DNA of 62,961 nt, from positions 1 to 62,961 of the forward strand of contig JBFYSV010000198.1 in assembly GCA_041301185.1 (NCBI GenBank), given 5' to 3'. The notes below the pieces were generated by a model. The model was not told where the DNA came from, ran no database searches, and saw only the letters and a list, made by a program, of their open reading frames with translations. Made by a program: the position numbers and the translations under genes. This document shows positions 28,346 through 36,624 of this stretch, piece by piece (position 1 is the first letter of the stretch; each line of letters begins with the position of its first letter). The stretch is from Anaerolineae bacterium (GTDB lineage Bacteria; Chloroflexota; Anaerolineae; Anaerolineales; UBA4823).

Positions 28346-29788
28346 TTATTTGTTAATGGGGCATGGTCCGCCGCAGATCTTCTCGATCTCGGCTGCCAGA
28401 TCCAGCACTGCCTGCTCGGGGGTCTTCTCACCGGCTGCAGCAGCCTGGAGCATAGGTCCAAGCGTGTTGTAGATCTTGCCGCCGTAAGGTGTGAAGAACA
28501 GGTTTTCCTCGAGATCACTCTGGCTCTCGAAGACCTCTACCAGGGTGGCGAAGTGACCGGTCTTGGGCCATTGTTCTTCTGTAGCCATGGCTGGATCGTT
28601 CAGGATGCTTAAACGCGTGGTGGAACCGCCCTGCATCGAGAAATTCCGCTGGGCTTCCTTGCCGCCCAGGTAAGCAACCCAATCCATTGCTTCCTTGGGG
28701 TGCTTGGACGACGACGAGACGGCTGCCAGGAAGGCACCGACATAACCACGCTTTTCAGGCGCCTCTTGAGGGCACATCCTGGCGCCCGGCACCAGCTCGT
28801 CGGTCATGGCTGCATTCGGCCACTGGTCAAGGAAGAAGCCGGCTGTCTGGGCGATCTGCCCATCCTTCATCTGATTCATCACGCCGTCGTAGGTCACCGT
28901 CAGGGCTGCGGGCGGAGCGAAGGGCAGCAGCTCCTCGACATACCACTTCAACGCCTTGGTGGTGTTTTCTACGTCAAGTGTGCCGTCATCCTTCAGCCAC
29001 TGGCCGCCATAAGCCCAAATGAAGGCCGACAGCTCGTCTTGGATCTCCTGGAAGCGCCCTGCCATCAGGCCGACGCCGTAGAAATCCTTGGTCAGGGCTA
29101 CGCCCTTGAGCATGTCACCGGTCTTGCGGGTGAAGAACTCGGCAACGTCGCGGTGCTCTTCCCAGGTGGTGGGAACTGCCAGGTCGTAACCATACTTTGC
29201 CTTGAAGGCTTCCTGCTCGGTGGGATCCTCGAACAGGTCGCAGCGCCCAAAGTAACCGGCAGTGTAGGTGTAGTACGGCAGGCCCCAGATCTGGCCCTTG
29301 TACTCGGTGGTCAGTTTCCGCATAATGGGAGCGATATCCTCGTAATCGACTTCCGGGTTCTCCTTGAGATAGTCATCCATAGCCAGGAGGAAGCCGTTCT
29401 CAGCAAACTCGGCTTTCTCCATGGCCTCGATGTTGACCACGTCATAGGCGCCGGTCTGTCCGACCAGCTCGATCACCTGCTTGTCATACAGCTGGGCATT
29501 ATCGATGCCGATGATGTTCACGTCAATGCAGTGAGTGGCCTCAAAATCGGCTATGATCGATTCCATGGCATCAGTATAGAAGCCGGCGATGGTTGACCAG
29601 TTGATCTGTACGCGGTCCTCATCTTTACACTCGCCGGTTTCAGCAGCAGGTTCTTCAGCAGCAGGCTCTTCTGCGGCCGGTTGTTCGGCAGCTGGCTGCT
29701 CGGGGGCAGGTGTAGGCTGGGCGCATGATGTGAGTACCAGGGATGCCACCAGCAGAATAAAGATCAAAAGCTTGGTTGCGTGTTTCAT
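28346..29788 (-). CDS. ABC sugar-binding lipoprotein (SBP_bac_1/8)
   Basis: Lipobox LTSC, PAAE linker, YDVV, IWGLPYY, P.TWEE motifs. Confidence 0.92.
   Translation of the reverse strand: MKHATKLLIFILLVASLVLTSCAQPTPAPEQPAAEQPAAEEPAAEEPAAETGECKDEDRVQINWSTIAGFYTDAMESIIADFEATHCIDVNIIGIDNAQLYDKQVIELVGQTGAYDVVNIEAMEKAEFAENGFLLAMDDYLKENPEVDYEDIAPIMRKLTTEYKGQIWGLPYYTYTAGYFGRCDLFEDPTEQEAFKAKYGYDLAVPTTWEEHRDVAEFFTRKTGDMLKGVALTKDFYGVGLMAGRFQEIQDELSAFIWAYGGQWLKDDGTLDVENTTKALKWYVEELLPFAPPAALTVTYDGVMNQMKDGQIAQTAGFFLDQWPNAAMTDELVPGARMCPQEAPEKRGYVGAFLAAVSSSSKHPKEAMDWVAYLGGKEAQRNFSMQGGSTTRLSILNDPAMATEEQWPKTGHFATLVEVFESQSDLEENLFFTPYGGKIYNTLGPMLQAAAAGEKTPEQAVLDLAAEIEKICGGPCPINK
29639..29703 (-). repeat. Degenerate 15-bp coding repeats (E-Q/E-P-A-A x4) in the SBP linker
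   Basis: Protein PEQPAAEQPAAEEPAAEEPAAE. Confidence 0.8.
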
Positions 29789-29815
29789 TTGTTACTCCTC
29801 CAATATGTACTCAGG

Positions 29816-29827
29816 TTGATTGGAACA
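29816..29827 (-). promoter_or_regulatory. 12-bp motif TGTTCCAATCAA (copy 2), 28 nt upstream of the SBP start
   Basis: Exact match to 22787-22798 with the same spacing to the ATG. Confidence 0.55.
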
Positions 29828-30019
29828 AAACTTGGTGTAACTGTGGTGAACTTATTCTTCTCTATGATTATCCTGCGACACGCCTGGGTCACTCGTGTTA
29901 TCGCTTGCCAGGCATCGCTATTTTGCATGTGAACCACCTCCTTTTCTTTGAAACGAAAGTAGCAGCTGATAGATTCCAATCCAGAGATCGACAACCCTCG
30001 AGGATCGTGTCGATCCGGA

Positions 30020-30976
30020 TCACCGCACCCGGTTGAGGGGCTGCCCACCTTGCAGCGTCTGGATGACATTCTGAGCAGCCATGATTCCCATCCGCTCGAT
30101 GGCCTCCTGGGTGTGCGCCCCAACGTGCGGCGTAACGACAATGTTCTCCAACCCCAACAAGGGGCTGCCCAGGGGAGGCTCCTCGACGAACACGTCCAAA
30201 GCCGCCCCGGCAATCCATTTCTCTTGTAGTGCCTTGTGCAAAGCAGTTTCGTCCAACAGCCCACCGCGGGCCGTGTTGATCAGGTAGGCGGTCGGCTTCA
30301 TCGCGGCCAGCTCAGGTTCTCCGATCATGGCGCGGGTCTCTTCGGTCAGGGCGGCGTGCAAAGATAGAAAATCTGCCGATTGGATCACCTCCTGAAGCGA
30401 AGCTGTCAAACGGACATCCGGTAGACCGATTTGATCTGCCTGGATATACGGGTCGTACACCAGTACTTGCATATCAAAGCCCAGGGCGCGTTTTGCCACT
30501 CCGCGTCCGATCCGGCCATAGCCAATTAGCCCCAGGGTCTTGCCCCAAAGCTCGCTGCCGCTATATCGACCCCATTGTTGCCCGCGTAGCGCCCGGTCAG
30601 CCGGGGGAATGTTGCGGGCGATGGCAATCATTAATCCAATCGCCAGATCGGCAACCGCCTGGTCATTCGTACCCGGGCAGTTGGCAATGACGATCCCTAG
30701 CCGGGAGGCAGCCTGTAAATCGATATGGTCCACGCCGACCCCGTGCATGCTGACGACTTTCAAGCGGGGCGAACTCTCCATTACTCGGGCAGTCATCGGC
30801 ACTACTCCCACGATCGCGCCATCGATGTCTTTAAGCCAGTCCATCAGGCGCTCCTCGGTCATCTCGCCCTTCATATCCGCTTTGATCACCTCAACGCCAG
30901 CCCCCGCCAGCACATCCCACGGTTTTTGGGATGTGCTTCCGAATGATCGGGTTGCTACCAGGACTCTGTCTGCCAT
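30020..30976 (-). CDS. D-2-hydroxyacid dehydrogenase (SerA-like, no ACT domain)
   Basis: HGVGVDHID, GLIGYGRIG, NTARG, LDVF..EP, TPHVG. Confidence 0.92.
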   Translation of the reverse strand: MADRVLVATRSFGSTSQKPWDVLAGAGVEVIKADMKGEMTEERLMDWLKDIDGAIVGVVPMTARVMESSPRLKVVSMHGVGVDHIDLQAASRLGIVIANCPGTNDQAVADLAIGLMIAIARNIPPADRALRGQQWGRYSGSELWGKTLGLIGYGRIGRGVAKRALGFDMQVLVYDPYIQADQIGLPDVRLTASLQEVIQSADFLSLHAALTEETRAMIGEPELAAMKPTAYLINTARGGLLDETALHKALQEKWIAGAALDVFVEEPPLGSPLLGLENIVVTPHVGAHTQEAIERMGIMAAQNVIQTLQGGQPLNRVR

Positions 30977-30998
30977 AAATCATGCTCTCCGGGTCGAG

Positions 30999-31643
30999 TT
31001 AGCTCGCCTGTTTGACAGCCTGCATCAGCCGTTGCGCTTCTGCGGTGAGTGCAGCAAAATCGCCCCGGGCAACAGCTTGTTTATCCACCAGTTTCCCGCC
31101 CACCCCCAGAGCAGTTGCCCCCGCTTTTAGATATTCAGCGGCGTTATCGGCACTGATGCCGCCGGTGGGCGCCAGGCGCACCTGTGGCAAAGGAGCCAGC
31201 ACAGCTTTCAAATAAGCTGGACCCATGCTATCTGCCGGGAAGAGCTTGACCATATCCGCTCCGGCTTCCCAGGCGGTCAGAATTTCGGTGGGGGTCAGCC
31301 CGCCAGGGATAACCGGCTTGCCATAGCGGCGGCATAGCTGGATGGTTTTCACGTTCAAGGCGGGCGTGACGATAAACTGCGCCCCTGAGAGGATCGCAGC
31401 CCGGGCGGTCTCGGCATCTAGAACGGTGCCAGCGCCCATGATGACCTCATCGCCAAAATAAGCCGAAGCTTGCTTGATCATATCCAGCGCGCCGGGGGTA
31501 GGTACGGTAAATTCAATCGCGGTGACTCCACCGGCTTTCAGCGCCTCGGCAACCTTGATCAGCTGGTCGCCGCTATCCAGACGCACCACCGCCACCACCT
31601 TGCCTGCAATCAACCGTGACAGGATCTCGAAGTGAGAGGGCAT
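30999..31643 (-). CDS. eda: KDPG/KHG aldolase
   Basis: VVAVVR, AIEFT, GAGTVL, FIVTP, PGGLTPTE, VKLFPA, PTGGI; start ATG 31643. Confidence 0.92.
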   Translation of the reverse strand: MPSHFEILSRLIAGKVVAVVRLDSGDQLIKVAEALKAGGVTAIEFTVPTPGALDMIKQASAYFGDEVIMGAGTVLDAETARAAILSGAQFIVTPALNVKTIQLCRRYGKPVIPGGLTPTEILTAWEAGADMVKLFPADSMGPAYLKAVLAPLPQVRLAPTGGISADNAAEYLKAGATALGVGGKLVDKQAVARGDFAALTAEAQRLMQAVKQAS

Positions 31644-31656
31644 AAGCCTACCCGCC

Positions 31657-32382
31657 TTACTTGTAATCGTGAACGACTTTACCCAAAGGCAGGTACAGGT
31701 CGCCCTGACCGAAGAAGCCACCCAGGATGCGCTTGGGCTCCAGCAAGTAGGTGGGGTCGATCTCAGAGCGCTCGTAGACCACCGAAGCGCGCCCACCGAA
31801 GAACTTGCCCTCTTGGGCGGTGAACTCTCCCGGGGTGAGGATCAATTCTCGCAAAGGGGTGCCGCCTTCTTCAGCGCTGGGGATATACTTCAAGGAAAAC
31901 ACTCCCCCAGTGCTCCATGGGATTTCGGACATGGAGGCAACATACTCCGGCACAACCAGGGCCTTGAGAATCTGGTGTCCCAGGCGGTTGACCTGACCGC
32001 GGACTGCCTCTTGCTCGTGGTAGAGACCGATCTCAGCCAGCTTCTTCTGGTAACCCCAGATCTCTCGTCCGGCGGTCAGCGGGAGCGGCGTGTTGACATA
32101 CAGGAATGGCTCATAATCACCTTCGATATCGCCGAACTTGACCTGGACGTAAATCGCCATTTCCTTGAATGCGCCCTGGGTGGTGCCCAGCTCGAACTCA
32201 GAGACCCAGGTAATGACCTTATTCGTACGTGCTTCAAGCGGTTCGGGGATCACCCGTTTCACGTTTTCGATATCCGTCTCATAGACGACCAGCTGGATTC
32301 GCATGTCCTTCCACCACAGAGGTGGTTTTCCATACAGCGGAGAAACAACTGGATTTGTATAGCCCCATTCTTGAACTTTCAT
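31657..32382 (-). CDS. Acetoacetate decarboxylase (ADC) family protein
   Basis: IPEPLE, FKEMAIYVQV, LTAGREIWGYQKK (Schiff-base Lys region); start ATG 32382. Confidence 0.85.
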   Translation of the reverse strand: MKVQEWGYTNPVVSPLYGKPPLWWKDMRIQLVVYETDIENVKRVIPEPLEARTNKVITWVSEFELGTTQGAFKEMAIYVQVKFGDIEGDYEPFLYVNTPLPLTAGREIWGYQKKLAEIGLYHEQEAVRGQVNRLGHQILKALVVPEYVASMSEIPWSTGGVFSLKYIPSAEEGGTPLRELILTPGEFTAQEGKFFGGRASVVYERSEIDPTYLLEPKRILGGFFGQGDLYLPLGKVVHDYK

Positions 32383-32479
32383 GGTTTTTACTCCTCTTAG
32401 TTCGCTCAGGTCGGATGATTTTGGGCAACACTCGCCTGTGTGCTGCCTGCACACACAAGGGAATGGACTTATCCCCGAT

Positions 32480-33931
32480 CTATCCCAGCTCCAGCAGGAT
32501 ATGTTTGACCTGTAAATATTCCTCAATACCATAGTGGGATAGCTCGAGGCCAATTCCACTGTGCTTCCACGCCGGGTAAGGGGCGTATAGAGAGTCCGGA
32601 CTGACCGTATTGATTGCCACTGACCCGGATTCGACACGCTCGCTGAAATTGAAAGCCGTTGCCAGATCACGGGTATACGCGTATGTCACCAGGCCGTACA
32701 CGGTGCTGTTTGCCAGCTCGACCGCTTCATCCAGCCCGCGAAAAGTGCCGATGCCGACGATCGGGCCAAAAGACTCCTCATGCATCACCAGCATATCCCG
32801 GGTGACGTTGGTCAGAACTGCCGGCTCATAGAAATAGCCTTGCTGCAGTTCCGGCTGGCTGGGACGTTTGCCGCCATATAGCAAGCTGGCGCCTTTCTTC
32901 ACCGCGTCTTCGACATGCGCCTGGGTGCGCTGGACGCCCTCTTCATCGATCATCGGGCCCAGATCTAAATTGGGGTTCGCCAGTCCATCGCCCATCGTCA
33001 GGCGGGCGGTCTGCTCAACAAAGCGCCGGATATAGTCGTCAGCGATGTCCGCTTCCACGTAGATCCGGTTGACCGCGTTGCAGATCTGGCCCATGTTGCG
33101 GAAGGAGCGCTTGACACCGTCCACTACAGCCCGGTCGAGGTCGGCGTCCTTGAAAACAACCATCGGGGTATGACCGCCCAGCTCAAGCAGCAGCTTCTTC
33201 AGGTCTGGGGCGGCAGCGCTCATCAGGTGCTTACCGGTCTCGGTCGAGCCGGTGAAAGCAATCATGCGGGTGATGGGATTGGTGAGCAGCTCTTCACCTA
33301 CCTGGCTGGAAGGTCCGGTGATGACATTAACCGCACCGGCAGGCAAGCCGGATTGACCGACAATCGCCGCCACCAGGCCACAAGTCAGTGGCGCCAGGGC
33401 TGGCGGTTTGACCACCACCGTGCAACCGGCTGCCAGGGCTGGGGCCAGCTTCCATGCCATCAAAGAAACAGGGTAGTTCCAGGGGGCAATCGCCGCCACC
33501 ACCCCGATAGGCTGGCGGATCACAAGACTGCGCGCCGTGGCAGATTTGCTCGGAGCAACCTCGCCGGCAATCCGTCGCGCTTCTTCGGCGTAATATTCCA
33601 GGGTATCGATCGTGCCTTTGATTTCTTTGCGGGCATCTCCCAGGGGCTTGCCATGCTCCATCGTCAGGATGCGAGCCAGCTCCTCCTGGCGGGCAGCTAC
33701 TGCAGCCGCCGCTTTTTTCAATCCTTTGGCGCGCTCGTCTGGGGTGGCTTTTCCCCAAACCTTGAAGGCCTTGTCAGCCGCTTCAAGGGCGCGCCGCGTC
33801 TCGGTCCGCCCGGCCTTGGCTGCCCGTCCAATCGGTCGGGTGTCAACCGGATTAACGACCTCAAAGGTCTCGCCAGAGTCGGATGCAACCCATTCGCCAT
33901 TAATGAATAGATTCAGATCAACCAGCTCCAT
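32480..33931 (-). CDS. NAD(P)-dependent aldehyde dehydrogenase (GabD/SSADH-like)
   Basis: APWNYP, FTGSTETG, LELGG, GQICNA, EESFGP; start ATG 33931. Confidence 0.93.
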   Translation of the reverse strand: MELVDLNLFINGEWVASDSGETFEVVNPVDTRPIGRAAKAGRTETRRALEAADKAFKVWGKATPDERAKGLKKAAAAVAARQEELARILTMEHGKPLGDARKEIKGTIDTLEYYAEEARRIAGEVAPSKSATARSLVIRQPIGVVAAIAPWNYPVSLMAWKLAPALAAGCTVVVKPPALAPLTCGLVAAIVGQSGLPAGAVNVITGPSSQVGEELLTNPITRMIAFTGSTETGKHLMSAAAPDLKKLLLELGGHTPMVVFKDADLDRAVVDGVKRSFRNMGQICNAVNRIYVEADIADDYIRRFVEQTARLTMGDGLANPNLDLGPMIDEEGVQRTQAHVEDAVKKGASLLYGGKRPSQPELQQGYFYEPAVLTNVTRDMLVMHEESFGPIVGIGTFRGLDEAVELANSTVYGLVTYAYTRDLATAFNFSERVESGSVAINTVSPDSLYAPYPAWKHSGIGLELSHYGIEEYLQVKHILLELG

Positions 33932-33954
33932 GATTAGATTCTCCTTACAGAATT

Positions 33955-34779
33955 TCACTGAGGGGTGCGATTAACGGTGGCTAAATCACTCGCCAGATTG
34001 CTGGTAAGACCGCCATCCAGCTCGCCCCGCAGATCGCTGCCCAAACGTTCGGACAGGCTATTGGCAGTTTGTTGCGCCAGCACAGCCAGCTGCCCATCGC
34101 GGTCAGGAGTCATGGTCAATGACCAGCCGCTGATGCTGATGGCAGCAATCGTTTTCCCGGTGTGATCGCGCACCGGGACTGCCACGCAGCGGATGCCGTC
34201 CTCGTTTTCGCTATCATCTATCGCATATCCGCGTGCTCGGATATCGCGTAGGTGATCGTACAGCTTTTCTGGATTGGTGATGGTGTTGGGTGTGCAGGCC
34301 GGCAGCCCTTTGGAGTAAACATAAACCTGCCATTGGCTTTCGTCTTCCTGTGCTAATAAAGCTTTGCCAAGGCCGGTTGAATGCGCAGACATGCGATTTC
34401 CTACTTGAGACGCCATCTTGACAGGCTGGTGACCATCCACTTTGTCAATGTACACCACCTCGAAATTGTCCAGGATCGCCAGGTGAACGGTCTCCCGGGT
34501 CTCTTCCACCAACTGCTCCAAATAGGGTCGCGCAATCGTGCGGATATCGAGGCGGTCGAGGAACTGGGATGCCAGCCAGACTATCCTGGATCCGAGTGCG
34601 TAACGGCCGGTTTCCTGATCTTGCACGACATACCCAAAGGATTCCAGGGTGGTCAGGAAACGATACACGGTGCTCTTATTCATGCCCAAAGATTGGCTGA
34701 TCACACCCAGTTCCTTGGGTGTTTCAGCAGTCGCCATATATTCAAGGATAGCAATCGCTTTGGCAACCGAATAGTTCAT
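33955..34779 (-). CDS. IclR-family (KdgR-like) transcriptional regulator
   Basis: SVAKAIAILE, GMNKSTVYRFL, HSTGLGKALLA, RGYAID..E...IRCVAVP. Confidence 0.93.
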   Translation of the reverse strand: MNYSVAKAIAILEYMATAETPKELGVISQSLGMNKSTVYRFLTTLESFGYVVQDQETGRYALGSRIVWLASQFLDRLDIRTIARPYLEQLVEETRETVHLAILDNFEVVYIDKVDGHQPVKMASQVGNRMSAHSTGLGKALLAQEDESQWQVYVYSKGLPACTPNTITNPEKLYDHLRDIRARGYAIDDSENEDGIRCVAVPVRDHTGKTIAAISISGWSLTMTPDRDGQLAVLAQQTANSLSERLGSDLRGELDGGLTSNLASDLATVNRTPQ

Positions 34780-34840
34780 CACAGTGGATGTTACAAATTG
34801 AATAAACGGGGAAAGTACACGGTTGGGTCGTTTCTCATTT

Positions 34841-34855
34841 CAAAACGCCGTTTCA
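34841..34855. promoter_or_regulatory. Candidate IclR/KdgR-type operator CAAAACG-C-CGTTTCA
   Basis: Palindrome AAACG-N-CGTTT resembling the KdgR box TGAAAC.N.GTTTCA; lies just downstream of the leftward promoter. Confidence 0.65.
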
Positions 34856-34867
34856 CATACGAAATAT

Positions 34868-34896
34868 AATATAGCATAATAAATAATCGATGTCAA
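34868..34896 (-). promoter_or_regulatory. Leftward sigma70 promoter (iclR arm)
   Basis: Minus strand TTGACA (34896-34891), 17 bp, extended -10 TGc-TATATT (34873-34868). Confidence 0.8.
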
Positions 34897-34900
34897 TACA

Positions 34901-34918
34901 TCATCTTGTCATTACCAG
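34901..34918. promoter_or_regulatory. Candidate GntR/HutC-type operator, copy 1 (TCATCTTGTCATTACCAG)
   Basis: 17/18 identical to 34999-35016; reverse complement TGGT-AATG-ACAA resembles the NagR/DasR box. Confidence 0.6.
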
Positions 34919-34957
34919 TTGCCATCTATCTGATGACACCCGCGGGTTGGTTGCCCC

Positions 34958-34986
34958 TTGATTCTCGCGGTGATGTGTTTTATAAT
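34958..34986 (+). promoter_or_regulatory. Rightward sigma70 promoter (cupin...lut arm)
   Basis: TTGATT (34958-34963), 17 bp, TATAAT (34981-34986). Confidence 0.8.
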
Positions 34987-34998
34987 AAAATCAACTTA

Positions 34999-35016
34999 TC
35001 ATCCTGTCATTACCAG
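34999..35016. promoter_or_regulatory. Candidate GntR/HutC-type operator, copy 2 (TCATCCTGTCATTACCAG)
   Basis: Repeat of copy 1, located just downstream of the predicted rightward TSS. Confidence 0.6.
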
Positions 35017-35066
35017 AAAACCAGTTCTACCCTATTCCACCCAACCTAATCGAAAAGGAGTATGAG

Positions 35067-35456
35067 ATGGGTACTGAAAAAGGCAAGCTTATTCAAAGCG
35101 AACAACTTCATGCTGAGTCTGGCGGCAGCTCCTTTGCAGCGCTATTACGCCAGGAAGGCGATGAAATCCGTCGTGATGTGTACATGCTGATCAACCCAGA
35201 TCAAAGCGCCTCTGGCAGGATCCAATCCGGCATCACGATCGTTTATCCCGGCTGCCGTACCAAAGGTCACGCCCATCCAGACCGTGAAGAGGTCTATTTC
35301 TTCCTGGAAGGCCGGGGGATCATGGAAGCCGACGGTCAGGCCTGCGAAGTAAAACCGGGAGATACCTACTACGTGTCCCCTGGTCCATTCCACACCACCA
35401 AGAACCCTTACGAATTCCCGCTCAAATTCTTCTGGATCACAATCAAAGTAGATTAA
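35067..35456 (+). CDS. Cupin domain protein
   Basis: GHAHPDREEVYFFLEG.G...PG..YYV.PG.FH metal-binding cupin motif; SD AAGGAG. Confidence 0.9.
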   Translation: MGTEKGKLIQSEQLHAESGGSSFAALLRQEGDEIRRDVYMLINPDQSASGRIQSGITIVYPGCRTKGHAHPDREEVYFFLEGRGIMEADGQACEVKPGDTYYVSPGPFHTTKNPYEFPLKFFWITIKVD

Positions 35457-35458
35457 TT

Positions 35459-36613
35459 ATGGATGTAACACCCAATTTCAATCTCTTAAAAGATGACCTC
35501 TCGGTGTACGACGGGGTAGAACCGGCTTTCGTAACCTTTGGAGAGACGATGATCCGCGATACCCCGGCTGATATGCAGCGCGCCGAGCGCACGCGCCAGA
35601 TCGATATCTCGCTTTCCGGCAGCGAGCATATATTATGCGTCGGCTTGAGCCGCCTGGGCATCCCCTGCCGCTACATCACCCGCACGCCGGATAACCCGTA
35701 TGGCTGGATGTTGCGCAATGTCAGCCGCGAGCAAGGCATCGACACCAGTTACTTTGTCTGGGCGCACAAGACCGAGCTGATGGGGCGTTATATCTACGAA
35801 CTGGGGCGCACTCCCCGGCGCTCAACCGCCTGGTACCAGCGTAAGTACTCGGCTGCTAGCAAATTCGGGGCGGGTATGGTCAATTGGGAGGCTGCTCTGA
35901 AGGGAGCCCGGTTGTTCCACGTATCGGGGATCAACTTCGGGCTGGCAGCCCACAGCGGGTACGAGCGCAATTACAACCTGGAGGCATTCGAAGAAGCCCT
36001 GGAAGCTTTGCCGGAAGAGTGCCGGGTGGGGATGGATTTTAATTACCGCGGCACGCTGTGGAGTATCGAGCAATGCAAGCAGGTGATGACGCCAATCATC
36101 CTCAACCATGTCGATTGGTTCATCACTACCATCGAAGATATGGCTAAACTGTACGGGATGAACTGCGGGCAGTATAGCGCCGAAGCGATCAACCGCGGCG
36201 ATATTGGTCCGCTCAGCGATGCTGACCTGAAAGCCTTTACCCAGCAGGTGCAGGAGAAGTTCCAGGTCTCGATCGTTGGCGTGACTGTCCGCTACCCTGA
36301 TTCGTTCGAGCAGCACCGCTGGGAGAGCGTGGCACTAGATGCCAAAGGCAATTTCTACCGCTCCCCGGCAATAAAGCCAATTGTCCTGTGGGATCGCATC
36401 GGCGGTGGTGACACCTGGAACAGCGGTTTCTACTATGGCCTGCTCACCGAGACCGATTCTGGCCTTGGAATTCAAAAAGGCGTGCTGGTAGGCGACGCCA
36501 TCACACGATTAAAGCAAACCATGATGTTCGATCTGGGCATTGTAACAAAGGAAGAAGTACAAGCACTGATCGACGCAGATAAAACCGGCGGCGGCAAGCG
36601 CGAGTCTCGCTAA
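35459..36613 (+). CDS. PfkB-family sugar kinase, KdgK-like
   Basis: VTFGETMIR, SGSE...VGLSRLG, DFNYR..LWS, DRIGGGDT. Confidence 0.85.
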   Translation: MDVTPNFNLLKDDLSVYDGVEPAFVTFGETMIRDTPADMQRAERTRQIDISLSGSEHILCVGLSRLGIPCRYITRTPDNPYGWMLRNVSREQGIDTSYFVWAHKTELMGRYIYELGRTPRRSTAWYQRKYSAASKFGAGMVNWEAALKGARLFHVSGINFGLAAHSGYERNYNLEAFEEALEALPEECRVGMDFNYRGTLWSIEQCKQVMTPIILNHVDWFITTIEDMAKLYGMNCGQYSAEAINRGDIGPLSDADLKAFTQQVQEKFQVSIVGVTVRYPDSFEQHRWESVALDAKGNFYRSPAIKPIVLWDRIGGGDTWNSGFYYGLLTETDSGLGIQKGVLVGDAITRLKQTMMFDLGIVTKEEVQALIDADKTGGGKRESR

Positions 36614-36624
36614 AGGGGCAGAGA

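Noticed and set aside
28700-29596. 298-aa antisense ORF over the SBP gene (also 19955-20749, 31669-32400, 33170-33910)
   Set aside because: Antisense shadows of well-supported genes, with no RBS or domain evidence.
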